NCBI GenBank assembly: GCA_053919585.1
Contig: CM132805.1
DNA: 64,000 bases
From: Euprymna scolopes
Taxonomy: Eukaryota
Direction: 5' to 3' (one strand)
Shown here: one piece after another, positions 13,967 to 26,399 of the stretch
Layout of the letters: every line of letters starts with the position of its first letter
Numbering within the stretch: position 1 is the stretch's first letter
Program-made: the position numbers and the translations under genes
The notes under the pieces: generated by a model
The model's input: only the letters and a program-made list of their open reading frames with translations
Databases searched by the model: none
What the model was told of the DNA's origin: nothing

Positions 13967-15020
13967 GTGTATCAAATTATTAACGAGTATACATTTTTTA
14001 AAATATTTAAGGAACGAGTGAAACTATAAAACTTTGAAAAAGTGCTTACAATACTATTCAGCTACGCCAGTTAAAAAATAAAAATATTTAAAGCAGTATT
14101 AGTATGGCAGAAAATAGGAATATCTGTTTATTTCAGTGTGTCAAGTTATTAACGAGGTTGATAAAAAAACACAATATACCTATAACTTGTTTGTTGAAAT
14201 AATATTTAAACATTAAATGAACTAGGAAAATTCCTTAGAACACAATAACTACATAGCAATTTCTACGTTGACATGATTGGCATATGCGATTCATTTTTTT
14301 ATGAATGACTTGGAAAAGACGTTGGTCCACAAAATTAGTCAAATTTGTGATTTCGTCAAAAGTTATCCCTCGAGATACCTCTTGAAGAGCATCCCACAAC
14401 TCATCTTTGCTCTTAAATTGGCGTCCACTTGCATAGAGGCGTCGCTTCATGATACTCCATAGGTTCTCAATTGGATTAAAATCTGGTGAATTCGCAGGTC
14501 ACTCCATCTTCCGTAGCTCAGAGAACCCCAGTTCTTGCAAATATTTTTTGCTTTTGTTTGCTGCACGCGAAGGAGTATTATTTTGCAAAAAATTATGGTT
14601 CTTATCAACGTCAACCTTTGCGTCTTCAGCCATGCTCCTTCAGAAAAACATGTAAGCATTTGACGTCATTTTTACGCCTTCTGAGACTCTCCATGGGCCA
14701 ACTAAAGTATTTCCGATAATCCCAGCCCAAATCATTATCACACCACCACCTTGCTGGCGCCTTAAACGCTGATGATGATGTCGTCCATCTAGGACCCATC
14801 GCTTGCTCCATCTGGGCCATCAAGAGTGACACACACTTCATCCGTGAACAAAACTTTGGAAAAATCCCTTTTTGATGTTGTCCTCTGCCCATTTCAATCG
14901 GTTTTGTATGTGGTGTTGCTTTAACAGACTTTGGCACTTCTTTCAGAAGGCGACATCAAGTACTTTTTGAGACATTCTTCAATCCGGCTTGGTCAAAGAC
15001 TTCTCGAGAATCGAGAGAGA
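13961..15020 (-). mobile_element. DD37E (TRT-type) Tc1-like transposon relic
   Basis: VLFTDE.CVTLDGPDG, RLRRQQGGGVIMIWAGI, FLQN(=D)N-x-NPIE with 37 residues between the second and third catalytic positions; repeated tcaaattattaacgag at the end. Confidence 0.8.
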
Positions 15021-16539
15021 AGGGTACCCATCCTCCAATGTGGAATGATGTCAAAATACTGGATACATAAGAAAGATGGCGGATCAGAAAATTTAAAGAA
15101 GCAGCACATATGGTAGAAAATAATATCATTAGCCGTCCTAGTATAGAATTTAACCGCATTTGGATTCCTCTAATTATAAATTCACAGGAGAAAAATGGAA
15201 AAATAGCAAAAAAAAAAAAAAAAAATGCCCAACACAAGGGAGATAATTTAACAAAAAAAACTTCTTCCCTTGGAGATGTCTCCCTTGCATTGTGTTTCAA
15301 AAAAAAAAAAAAAACGAGAATACGCGTGGAATGTCGTAAAACGTTTTATTCACTAATAAAACCTTTAAGAAATATCTTAGTGGCCCCTGAAGATTGGATT
15401 TTCTTTATGATTTACGGATACAGCCTCAAACCCACGGTTCGAACTCTTGCAATGCAGAGCTAACCCTTTTTTTCCTTAGTAGAGAAAAGGAAACGGGAAT
15501 TTCACACCCGGGGAAGGTCGTAGGTTACCACGACCGGAACGTTGTGCCAATAACACCCAAGTTAAGAATAATTGTCCGAGTAACCAAAACAATACAAACA
15601 TTCACATCGCATCTAAAAATTCAGAGTTGCAGATTAGAAATACTTTTTAAATTCATTATTACCAATAAAAAACGTAGCATATAGTCTTCATATAATCCAA
15701 TCTTAATAATTTTATTATTATGACTTTACACAAACACTGACTGATGCATTGTATGAAAATTATATGAACATACATTTATTCATACATACCAATGAATGGA
15801 CATTCAAATATTACTTTAAAATATCACGTTTTAAACATAAAGGTTTTTGAGAAAATTATAAATAGGAAACAAAAATAACGAAAGGTAACTGGCCTACCTC
15901 TGCACAAGCTTTATAAAATCGTTTCTTTTTTGTTTTGAAACTTTTTTCATATCCTATGAGAACTCGTAGAATGTTAGCAACGTTTATTTATGGATCTTTG
16001 TAATATTGTATAGCTAAAGACTAGAATGCATTTTAATACAAAAAAATATTTTAACGTTTCTTGAAGTGAGATTTGATTATTTTAGCCCTGGTCAATTGAA
16101 GAATAAAGAAATTAAATATTTACAAAAACTGTAAAAAAAAAAAAAAAAAAAATTAGAAAATAAAAATGTTATTAACCTGATGTTGAACTATTTGAACGCA
16201 GTTAAAGTGAAAAATAATATAATCAAATATTAATAAAATTAATATTTATGAAAATTGTATTTTTGCAAATTATTTGAGGTATGATATTTACGAGTTTCAA
16301 TCAAATAAGACGCCATGATTGGTTCTTTTTTCTATTTTGGAGCAGAAAATGTTTCGCATCACAATTAAATTATGGCAATACATTTTCATTTTCTTTGAAC
16401 AAACCATTTTTTTTTTTAATAAGAAAATATAGAATTACAAGCACATTGTAAATATTTTAATTCCGCACTTACATCGGACAATAATTAAATATTTATGAAC
16501 ATTGTAAATAAAACAAAAAAAAATGAATGTAAGAAAACA

Positions 16540-16990
16540 GTTTAATTTTCAGCTTCATTTGATTTCTTGCTCAATCGATCCTCTTTTTCTTGTGGATATC
16601 TTTTAATGGAGGACGAACCTCTGGCTTTCTACATTTTCCAACCATCTTCAGAATACGCCATGAAGTTGATCTTACACATCAGAAAGCCAGCATTTTCAAA
16701 AACTTTTTTGCTAGTTTCCAAAGGGTTATGGCGGACTTTTCTCTTGATCCTACTCATGGCTCAATGCGACGTGGGTGATTTCTTGCGAATTTTCCCTTCA
16801 TGTCCGTTGCATAGTTCAGGATGTATAACATTTTTAAAAAATTATTTGGCTGTTTCTAAAGTATATATCTTATTACAAGTCCTTTGGAAATTTAAGACTT
16901 CTCAGATGAAATCAACTCCCATTTATATTTCATCTTGCATATAAAGTTAGAACGCTGAAACAAGCTGCAATTACACCGAATTGACTGCTG
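16540..16990 (-). mobile_element. N-terminal Tc1/TRT-like transposase fragment
   Basis: SRIKRKVRHNPLETSKKVFENAG...RPPLKDIHKKKRID*ARN HTH/linker-like translation. Confidence 0.6.
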
Positions 16991-17303
16991 TTTATTTACT
17001 GTTACGCAAATTAGCTTAAAATTTTAGATATGCACACGTGTTAGTTAAAATAGAGGCAAACTAAACAGTTATGAAACTTGTAGTTTTTCAAAATATTTAA
17101 GAAGCTATGAGTGAACGTTTCTTGTTTCACGATTTGCATCACAAATTCAATGATAACAATATATTCTCATTTTCTTTAAACAGACCATTTTCAATATAAA
17201 AATATAGAATTACGAACATTTTGTAAATATTTAAATTTCGTATTTACACTATGTGTATTAACATCGAGTTAAATAATATAATTAAAGTTTTAAAACAACT
17301 CAC

Positions 17304-17411
17304 ATTGGCATCTTAGTCCAGTGTAACCACGCCGGCAATAGCATTTGTATGTGCGTCCATATGGCCTACATATTCCACCATTTAAACACCTGTCAAACTT
17401 GCAAATACGAC
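17304..17411 (-). CDS. EGF-repeat gene, exon E (RICKFDRCLNGGICRPYGRTYKCYCRRGYTGLRCQ)
   Basis: 108 nt, cag acceptor, gtgagt donor, phase 1-1. Confidence 0.93.
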
Positions 17412-17986
17412 CTGAAAAAAGAAAAAACGAATTAATTATCTCTTTTGAAAATGTATTCTTGGGATATTGCTGTGTTGTGTCCACTTTACAGATAATGAAC
17501 TCTTCCACTTATAAAGACTGTGAGATTAAACCTCCTTGAGAAAGCGCACTAGTTATACACAAGTTTTACATTAGTCGGACTGGCGTATAACTACATTCTT
17601 TATTTATTGTATTTGCTTCTCTGTTTTTTATTTATATATATATATATATATATATTATGGAGGCCAGGCGCGAACGCAGACCCCACAATTTTATTATACC
17701 ATCCCTATTTAAGTTAAAACATACTTATCAAAGTATTCTTATGTACATCTATATCAAAAACACTTGTAAACGTCTTTTTTTTTAATTTTTAAATTTGTTA
17801 TTTCAATACTTTGTGAACCAGGCGCATACGCAGATCGCACAATTTTAATGAATCATCATTATACCAGATCAGACATACCCATTCCTGTGTCTCGATACAT
17901 CTACTATCATTATATGTGATCAGTTTGCTATAATAGTCAACCATATAGGAGCCTATTCGTGACCAGACACACACGCAGACGTTCAG

Positions 17987-18020
<34 letters not shown>

Positions 18021-18026
<6 letters not shown>

Positions 18027-18547
18027 TTGTAATTCAATGAATTTCAAAAAACTCTCATTGAAATGAAATGAAGTGGTTGAGTTTCATATCAAAGAATTTT
18101 TATTATTCTAAGCAAGACAAAGAATGTTTTAGAAAGTTTATCTCCTTAACCTATAGGGTTTCGATGTCTACCATCTCATCAGAGGAGTGAAAATATTAGC
18201 AAATAGTTATAAAGGTATGCACCCTATTTGCTAAAGTCAGTGAGACATGGAAAGTCAAAGTGAAAACATTATATTTATCAGAACTTCTGATAAATATAAT
18301 GTTTTCACTTTGACTTTCCATGTCTCACTGACTTTAGCAAATAGGGTGCATACCTTTATAACTATTTGCTAATATTTTCACTCCTCTGATGAGATGGTAG
18401 ACATCGAAACCCTATAGGTTAAGGAGATAAACTTTCTAAAACATTCTTTGTCTTGCTTAGAATAATAAAAATTCTTTGATATGAAACTCAACCACTTCAT
18501 TTCATTTCAATGAGAGTTTTTTGAAATTCATTGAATTACAATTTAAT
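18021..18547. mobile_element. 527-bp fold-back palindrome (centre 18284) with hammerhead-like motifs; probable Penelope-like inverted terminal repeat
   Basis: 263-bp arms with no mismatch seen by eye; ctcct-CTGATGA-gatg gtaga catc-GAAA-ccctataggt-TA-aggag at 18381-18426 (+), mirrored at 18142-18187 (-). Confidence 0.8.
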
Positions 18548-18668
18548 TTATTTGCTCTATCTTGAATATCGAGCAATTCTCGTTTAGATGGGATAACTTA
18601 TAGAATATTACTGCCAGTAATATTTTGTAAACCTACAATCTCACGTTTACATAACCACTGATTGCTAA

Positions 18669-19208
18669 NNNNNNNNNNNNNNNNNNNNNNNNNNNNNNNN
18701 NNNNNNNNNNNNNNNNNNNNNNNNNNNNNNNNNNNNNNNNNNNNNNNNNNNNNNNNNNNNNNNNNNNNNNNNNNNNNNNNNNNNNNNNNNNNNNNNNNNN
18801 NNNNNNNNNNNNNNNNNNNNNNNNNNNNNNNNNNNNNNNNNNNNNNNNNNNNNNNNNNNNNNNNNNNNNNNNNNNNNNNNNNNNNNNNNNNNNNNNNNNN
18901 NNNNNNNNNNNNNNNNNNNNNNNNNNNNNNNNNNNNNNNNNNNNNNNNNNNNNNNNNNNNNNNNNNNNNNNNNNNNNNNNNNNNNNNNNNNNNNNNNNNN
19001 NNNNNNNNNNNNNNNNNNNCNNNNNNNNNNNNNNNNNNNNNNNNNNNNNNNNNNNNNNNNNNNNNNNNNNNNNNNNNNNNNNNNNNNNNNNNNNNNNNNN
19101 NNNNNNNNNNNNNNNNNNNNNNNNNNNNNNNNNNNNNNNNNNNNNNNNNNNNNNNNNNNNNNNNNNNNNNNNNNNNNNNNNNNNNNNNNNNNNNNNNNNN
19201 NNNNNNNN
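18669..19208. other. Assembly gap (other gaps: 23021-23161, 35083-35215, 47785-47954)
   Basis: Runs of N. Confidence 0.99.
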
Positions 19209-19892
19209 AAAGATATGATTCGTGCGCCACCACCTTGAATCGAAACGAAAACGTTTAGCTTATGATTTACTTGTTCCATTGATGTTAATGCCTGAGCTAT
19301 GAAGACATGCTTGCGGTAAGGCTAAAAATTAAAACATGAGTCAATAGCTGTTACGTTACGCATTCATATTCGTAATGACGGCTTTCGGCCTTCTCCTGAC
19401 AAATTCTATTTTTTAATTTTTATACTTTTTCACTGATTTTCCCTGATTAAAACATAAATGTAAAGTTTCGTATGAGTTCGAATACCCTTATATTAAGTTT
19501 AATGCATGTAGACAAAAACTGACAGAGGAGTTTGATAGGCAACATTTTTTAAACAAATATATGTACGCATACATAACTATATATATAGAAAGAGGTTTGT
19601 GTTTACTATAACCGTTTTACGAAAATATTATACAAGTATAAATCTTGTATAATATCTGCATGAATATAATTACACGTAATAGTTAACTAAAGATGATCAT
19701 CCCATAAGAAAACCGAAAAAAACTAATATAGAATTACTTAAAATGAATGTTTAAAATAATATGCAAATTAGCTAGATCTCTTGCAAATAAATACAATTCC
19801 ACGACCCATATATAACAATGTTGTATTTTAATTTTTAATAAATAGAAAAGAGGGGGGTTTAATATGAATATGAATACACACACAGAAAAATG

Positions 19893-19949
<57 letters not shown>

Positions 19950-20659
19950 TTTCACTAAATACCGAGTTGTGCTTTTCTTTCGGACACTTATGGAGCCATA
20001 ACAGATATAAAGTTGAAAATCATATGTATAATACATACTGTGTATCGTTTGCCAATATCCAATAACGTATAAATCGACAAAAGAAAACATTTTTTTAAAT
20101 TTTCATTATGTCTATAATGTTGCTTATTTCGAAAAAAGTATTATTTTGTTAATGGTGTCTGAAAGTTTTTTTGTTTTTTTTATATTTACATTGATGTTGT
20201 ATATACCCATGGCGTTGTGTCAAGTGAAATATAAGCACGAGGAACGCATCAAAAGTAAGCCTCCTATTTTTTTCCGGCCGAATAGATCAGAGGTAATTAC
20301 AAATTGCATTGTTATGCTGACTGAAATTTTTGGATTTTTAAAAACACTTTGTGCATGTATATGTTTATAGATGTTCACTGTGAACAATTTTTTTTTTAAA
20401 TCAAAAACGGTATAGTTTGATATTATAAAGTGTAACTACATACTTTGATTTCATTATGCAAACATTGATGGTGGAAATTTTGCAAATAAAAATCGCGCTA
20501 TGAAGTATTAAAAAAGTGAAAAAAAAAAAAACATTATCGCAAAAATGTAATAAAAAAAATAGAGACACTTTTCCCAAACGGATAACATTGTTACAGAAGA
20601 TATTCAATTCAATTTGCTATTTGCTTTTTGTACAATAATTATTCAGATTATTATTCCAA

Positions 20660-21620
20660 ATAAATTAGCCAAGCTAAAGCCGTCTGTTCTTTCGTTTAAT
20701 ATTCAAAGTAAGCTAAAATTGTCCGCATTATTTTTTACGAAATAGTTATTAAAAATTAGTCAAGCTGACTTGTCCATCCTCTTTTACAAAATTGATATTC
20801 AAAATGAGCCAAGCTAAAATTGTCTGTCTTTTCTTTTAGAAAATATGTATTCAAAGTAAACTATAGTAAAATTGTCTGTCCTGTTCTTTAACAAAATATA
20901 TATTAAAAATTAACCAACCTAAAGTTGTCTGTCTTTTTTTTTTTACAAAAAAGATATTAAAAATTAGCTAAGCTAAAGTTCTTAGTACTTTCTATGAAAA
21001 TAGATATTCAAAACTAGCCAAGCTAAAGTTGTCATCAACTTCCTTTATAAATTAGATATTCAAAGTAAGTCAAGCGAAAGTTGTTCGTACTTTTGTTTAG
21101 AAAAGAGATATTGAAAGTTAGCCATCGTAAAATTGTTCGCCCTTTTCCTTTACAAAAAGATATTAAAAATGAGTTATCCGCTTTTTTTTCTACAAGATAG
21201 ATATTCAAAATTAGTTTAGCTAAAGTTGTCCGTTCGTTTTCTTTTATAAACTAGATATTTGAATTTAGCCACGTTAAAGTTATCCGTCTTTTCTTTTACA
21301 AAATAGATATCAAAAGTTAGCAAAGCTAAAATTCTCCGTCTTGTTGTTTCAAAACAGATTTTTTGCCAAACTAAAACTGTCCGTCGTCTCATATGCAAAA
21401 GAGATATTCAAAGTTAGCCAAGCTAAAGTTGTCGGTCCTATTTTTTGATAAAATGGATATTTAAATTTTACCAACTTAAAGTTGTCTATCTTTTACAAAA
21501 TAGATATTCAACGTCAGTTAGTCTAAAGTTGTCCCATGTTTTCTCAAAATGGCTATATTAGATTTGTCCACACTGTCTTTTATAAAATAGTAAAACTTAT
21601 TCAAGCAGAATTGCCTGTCT
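20660..21620. repeat. Degenerate ~50-bp tandem repeat (aaattagccaagctaaagttgtccgtcttttcttttacaaaatagatattc)
   Basis: Recurring motif with high divergence. Confidence 0.85.
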
Positions 21621-22127
21621 CTTCTCTTACAAAATATATAATCAGTATTAGTAAAACTCCAATTTTTGGCGGCAGTATACTTTTTAATTGGTATTTGATT
21701 AATATAACGCAGTTCAATTAAAGAATATTTAAAGTAAACATTTATGAAAATTGTATGCATGCAAGATTTGTAATTGATTTAAATTTAGTTTTCGATAAAA
21801 TAAGATATGATTTATCGTTACTTTGGTTTTATTAGTATTTTATTAGTGTGTGTGTGTCTCATTAGATCCCAAAATAAAATAGTTGTTACATATTTTCATT
21901 ACATTTGGAGAAAACGTAGTCCTCTATATCCTAAGAAAATAGCAAATAAAATCATTTTAAACATTTTACATTATGTATTAAAATAGAGTGCATTAGCTCT
22001 TTCAGCTATAATTAAAACATGCACAATATTACAAAATAAAAAAAAGCTAGCAAATAGCATCACAACTAGGCATGCCTGTATTATTCATTTTTTCAAAGAA
22101 GTAACTTGGTATTTCAGCAATACTTAC

Positions 22128-22235
22128 TTTGGCACCTGTGGCCAATGAAACTCGGCCGACAAACACACTTGTAGGAACCTAAAAATCGCTTACACACGCC
22201 ACCATTATAACAACGGAAAAACCTGCAATCCATAC
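22128..22235 (-). CDS. EGF-repeat gene, exon D (MDCRFFRCYNGGVCKRFLGSYKCVCRPSFIGHRCQ)
   Basis: 108 nt, poly-T + tag acceptor, gtaagt donor; not in ORF track. Confidence 0.93.
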
Positions 22236-23298
22236 CTAAAAAAAAAAAAAAAATGAAACATAAACGCTGCTTAATATTTAAAAGAGGTTCATTAATTTAA
22301 ATCTTTTTGAATAGGAAAAGTATAACTACTGAAATCAGCAGGGAACAACAACTGGTATTCTTAAAGTGAACTAAAGGCCTGGTCATTTATCCGTGACGTT
22401 GGCTGATGTCACAAATAGTTGCCATTTTTTAATAGTCACCCCTCATTCTACATTGTTTTAACCATTTTTATTTAAAAAATACCTCTTTCTTAAAAATTTA
22501 TCAAAAATATAAAATAAAAATAATGCCTTGTTTCAAATTATAAAATTAACAATAAGAACGGAGATAAAATTACACGTACTTTTTATCCCAAATCTAAATA
22601 CTATTTGAGAGATCGGATTATCCAAACTTGTATAATACGTCTTCTAACCAACATTTCATAATCATCTGTAATTTAACCACAATTTTAACTTAAATTACTA
22701 TTGGTAGATCTATTACGCATGACTTTTGAGGATGTTGCATATAATAGGTCGACCAATCCCGCGTTTACTCGCGTATTATTTTATCTTAAATGCAGGATAT
22801 TTATTTAAGAACCCTGTTTCTTGTCAATATATCAAAAATAAAACATGTTTTTTTCCAATCATAAAGACTATTTAGTAGTTGTAAATCTTCGAAAGGCCTG
22901 GTAGACTATACGTAACCTCACACATTGAATATAACGAAGAAAATATAAGTGTTGTTTTAATATTTGAAAGAGATTCTTTAATTAATATTATGAAATGGAG
23001 GTCATATTCGCAAGCTCTGTNNNNNNNNNNNNNNNNNNNNNNNNNNNNNNNNNNNNNNNNNNNNNNNNNNNNNNNNNNNNNNNNNNNNNNNNNNNNNNNN
23101 NNNNNNNNNNNNNNNNNNNNNNNNNNNNNNNNNNNNNNNNNNNNNNNNNNNNNNNNNNNNNCAATGTACTTAAAGAAATAAACGTTAAGATGGTTAACAT
23201 CTTAAAATTTGGAATATGCTATGTAGTTACATCGTGCTTCATAAATTAAAGAATCGATATAAATAAGGGGTGAAATATAATTGAATAAACATATTCCC

Positions 23299-23387
<89 letters not shown>

Positions 23388-23391
<4 letters not shown>

Positions 23392-23712
23392 ACTTCGGGT
23401 ACCCGTTGCAAGCTTAATAACCTATAGCGGTCACAGTTCACTGAGTTTAATAAGACTCGAAGTTCCTCCAATCGGACAATTCCAGTTGATGATCGCCTTT
23501 AAGGTCGAAATGATCGCTCATCAACGTTGTGTTGACGCTGTGTAAAGGATCGCTCATCCACGTTGCCGGTTGCTGTGCACCTCTGCTGTATAAAGGATCG
23601 ATCATCCGCATTGTCGGGTTGCTACTGTTAAAATGATTACTGTAGAAGAAACTTCATCAAACCAACATTCTAAAAGAAAGAAAACGTCAACAAGTTTGTC
23701 TGTGCCAAGATA
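23388..23712. repeat. Diverged direct-repeat partner of 30133-30450; possible LTR part
   Basis: Shared tcgggtac.cgttgcaa, aattccagttgatgat, gatcgctcatcc, aagaaactt.at.aaac.aacattc; both start at (TA)n. Confidence 0.7.
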
Positions 23713-24084
23713 TATGTATTGTACGGATAGTTAACAATGAATTTGACACTTTGTGCAAAGTTTGTTTATGAAAAGAAAAACAATAAAAAAAAATGCACAA
23801 AAAAAAACTAATTAAGGGTTTCCTTCTTCCCCTCTTTTTTCGCACTTCATAGATAACAGTATGGCCAAACCTTAGCAGCAATTGTACTACTAGTTGTTTT
23901 AGCAGGGAGGAGAAATTTTCCTTTCTCTCACTAACTCTCCCAGTAACTGACGTTGAGATACTTCGATTTGATTATTCGTCGTTACAACAGCAAATAAAGA
24001 AATTTCTTTTGCATAAATCGCGGGTATCTTATCTCTTCTTTTTTCTGCTCTAATCCCTTCTCTTGTTCATTAGACTTTTTTTTT

Positions 24085-24392
24085 TTTTACATTTTCTTCA
24101 TTTGAAGATTGTAATGCTAGGTATGCGGCAGCCAAACCAACTGTCAACATTGCCCTTCTTTTTATTGAAACGAACCGAGAGCTCTTTTTAGTATCCTCGT
24201 TGTTCCCTTAAGTGCAATTGTCTGGATTTCTTTTGCACTTGGTTCACCAGGAATATTAGTTAGGTAGGACTTCAAGTTCTTCTTTATAAGTCCTGTGGCA
24301 CCTATAATAACTGGCATGAGTGATATCTCTATAACATTCCAGTTTATTTTCATACCATACATGAGACCTTGATATTTGGTCTGTTTCTTCCT
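24085..24392 (-). mobile_element. 3' fragment of RLE-endonuclease (Dong/R4-like) non-LTR retrotransposon
   Basis: PVIIGATGLIKKNL...ILKRALG; near copy of 48320-48620. Confidence 0.8.
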
Positions 24393-24843
24393 TTTGTTAG
24401 AATTGTGGAGTTTCGGGCTCCTGAAATTTTTTTTCTAGAAGGGCTGAACACATGGTCGACTTCTCCTTCCGACTAGTCTACTTTTTACTCTCTACTCTTT
24501 TTTCAAGAGTGTCTACTCTCTACCAACTGATTATGTACTCCTCTGCATTGCTAAAAATCACCCGTACTGCTCTTTTTATATAGATGTTAGTGGATGGGGC
24601 TGTAAGATGCAATTTTCTTCGATAACTAATCAAAGCTAGCCACGATATTACTCATTTCTTGCCTTTGCCATAGGTCCCAATCTTTCATTCCCACCGCAAC
24701 AACGATAAAAGGATTACCAAAAGTCAATCGATGTAGTCAATCCGGGTGATATGTTATTAACATTGCCATTCGCACCTTCCCGGGCGCTTAATCAAATACC
24801 AAACAATTATATTATCTTATAGATCCTATAGGAACCCAAGCAA

Positions 24844-25564
24844 TAGATGTGTCAGAAATTTCGTGAAAAATATTGAATAATTCCACTCCCTGTCTTTCGA
24901 AGCTTATAACTACTCGAAAAATGTAATTCAAGCCCTAATTTTTTTTCAATTAAAGGATCAAGGGCCAAGGTTTCATTAAAAAACAAACAAACAAAAAACA
25001 AAAAAAAAAACACGTGTTTTTTTTTTTTTTAAAAGGTTTTAAACTTCGGACTTTACAGGTAAATTTCTAAAAAACACTACTTTTTTTGTTTTAAATTTGA
25101 ATATATTATTTATTGATATTTTATCTTCAATTTGTGATATATAAAACTTTGGTAAGTAAATTAATTATTTACTTTTTAATAGATATTTGAAAATGGGGGG
25201 GCATGAATTAAAAAAAAACGTTTGTCTAAAATATTATATTCGGTTTATTGGAAAGAGCATAAAATTTCACATTGACCTTGAAAATATCGTAAAAATAGAA
25301 TCAATAGAAAAATTTTGATAGATTTTTAAAGTTTAAAAATTGAAAAATACTGAACTCGTAACATTCAATTAATTTCATTACTGTTTTTGAAAAAAATATT
25401 TCTATTACTTTTTATACAACTTTAATAGTTTATTTTGGGAGTATAATCCATAAAGAAAATAAACAACCCACTTTAAAAAGAGAAATTACGAGTTTTTTTT
25501 ATATTTTATTCGCAGTTTCGTGTTAGGAGTGTCAAAAATTCCTACAAAGATTCTGATACACATA
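24844..25564. mobile_element. Non-autonomous DNA transposon with 9-bp TSD (MULE-like)
   Basis: cccaagcaa at 24835-24843 and 25565-25573; imperfect TIR tagatgtgtcagaa / ttctgatacacata. Confidence 0.6.
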
Positions 25565-26399
25565 CCCAAGCAAAGCAATTATAATTTATTTAATCGATTA
25601 TTATTTTTTTTAATATGGAAAAAAAAAAAAAAATGAAAAAGTGGACTTTTGTGTCAAATTCTTAGCTGAATAAGGTTCGGTCTGCCATTGCTACACTTGG
25701 TCGACCATGTCACATTCGCTCCTCATTAATTTGCATCTTGTATTTGTATCGCAAAGTACGTTGCTAAACCTCTCGTCAACCTCCTGTTTCTATGCTGAAA
25801 TAAGAACACTGTTCATGTAATCACAGTCTACTCATGCAATTGTTCCAAAATCTCTGTGTTCTGTATCAAACTTTTTAAAATAACATTACTAAGCACATGC
25901 AATTGTTCCCAAGTCTTCGTGCTCAACAGTGAGCACATAAACATTAATATCTTCGTTAAGAAAAAAGAAGGGAGGCTACTTTGACAATTGTAAGAGTTAT
26001 GTCTCTTACAATTGTCAAAGTAGCCTCCCTTGATAATTTCTTTCGTTCTCTTTCCTTCCTTTTTTCTTTCTTTTTGTTACAATTAATGTTTTCGCGTATT
26101 TCTTTTTTTTCTTCAGATACAATTTTAATTGAGATTTAATTATTAATTATTCTTTTGATCTCTTATTAGTATTATAACCTTGATTATTACCTATTAAATT
26201 TTTTTTCGTTTGATTTTTCTGGAAAAAATACGTTTTGTCTCAATAAAAAAAATTCTAGTAATTATAATTCTTTGATACTTCCTTTTCTGTTAGTTTCCCC
26301 AAAGATAAAACATTTCCGCTTATTATCCTGATGTCCCCAGTTGATCTTTGATTGGAACTGGCTCCCAACCTTTTGTCGCCGTACTTTTCGCTGACGCCG

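Noticed and set aside
18598-19279. Poly-X ORFs here and at 23.0, 35.1 and 47.8 kb
   Set aside because: Translation through N gaps; the gaps could hide further exons
24395-24805. Possible TGTT...AACA solo LTR
   Set aside because: No target-site duplication found
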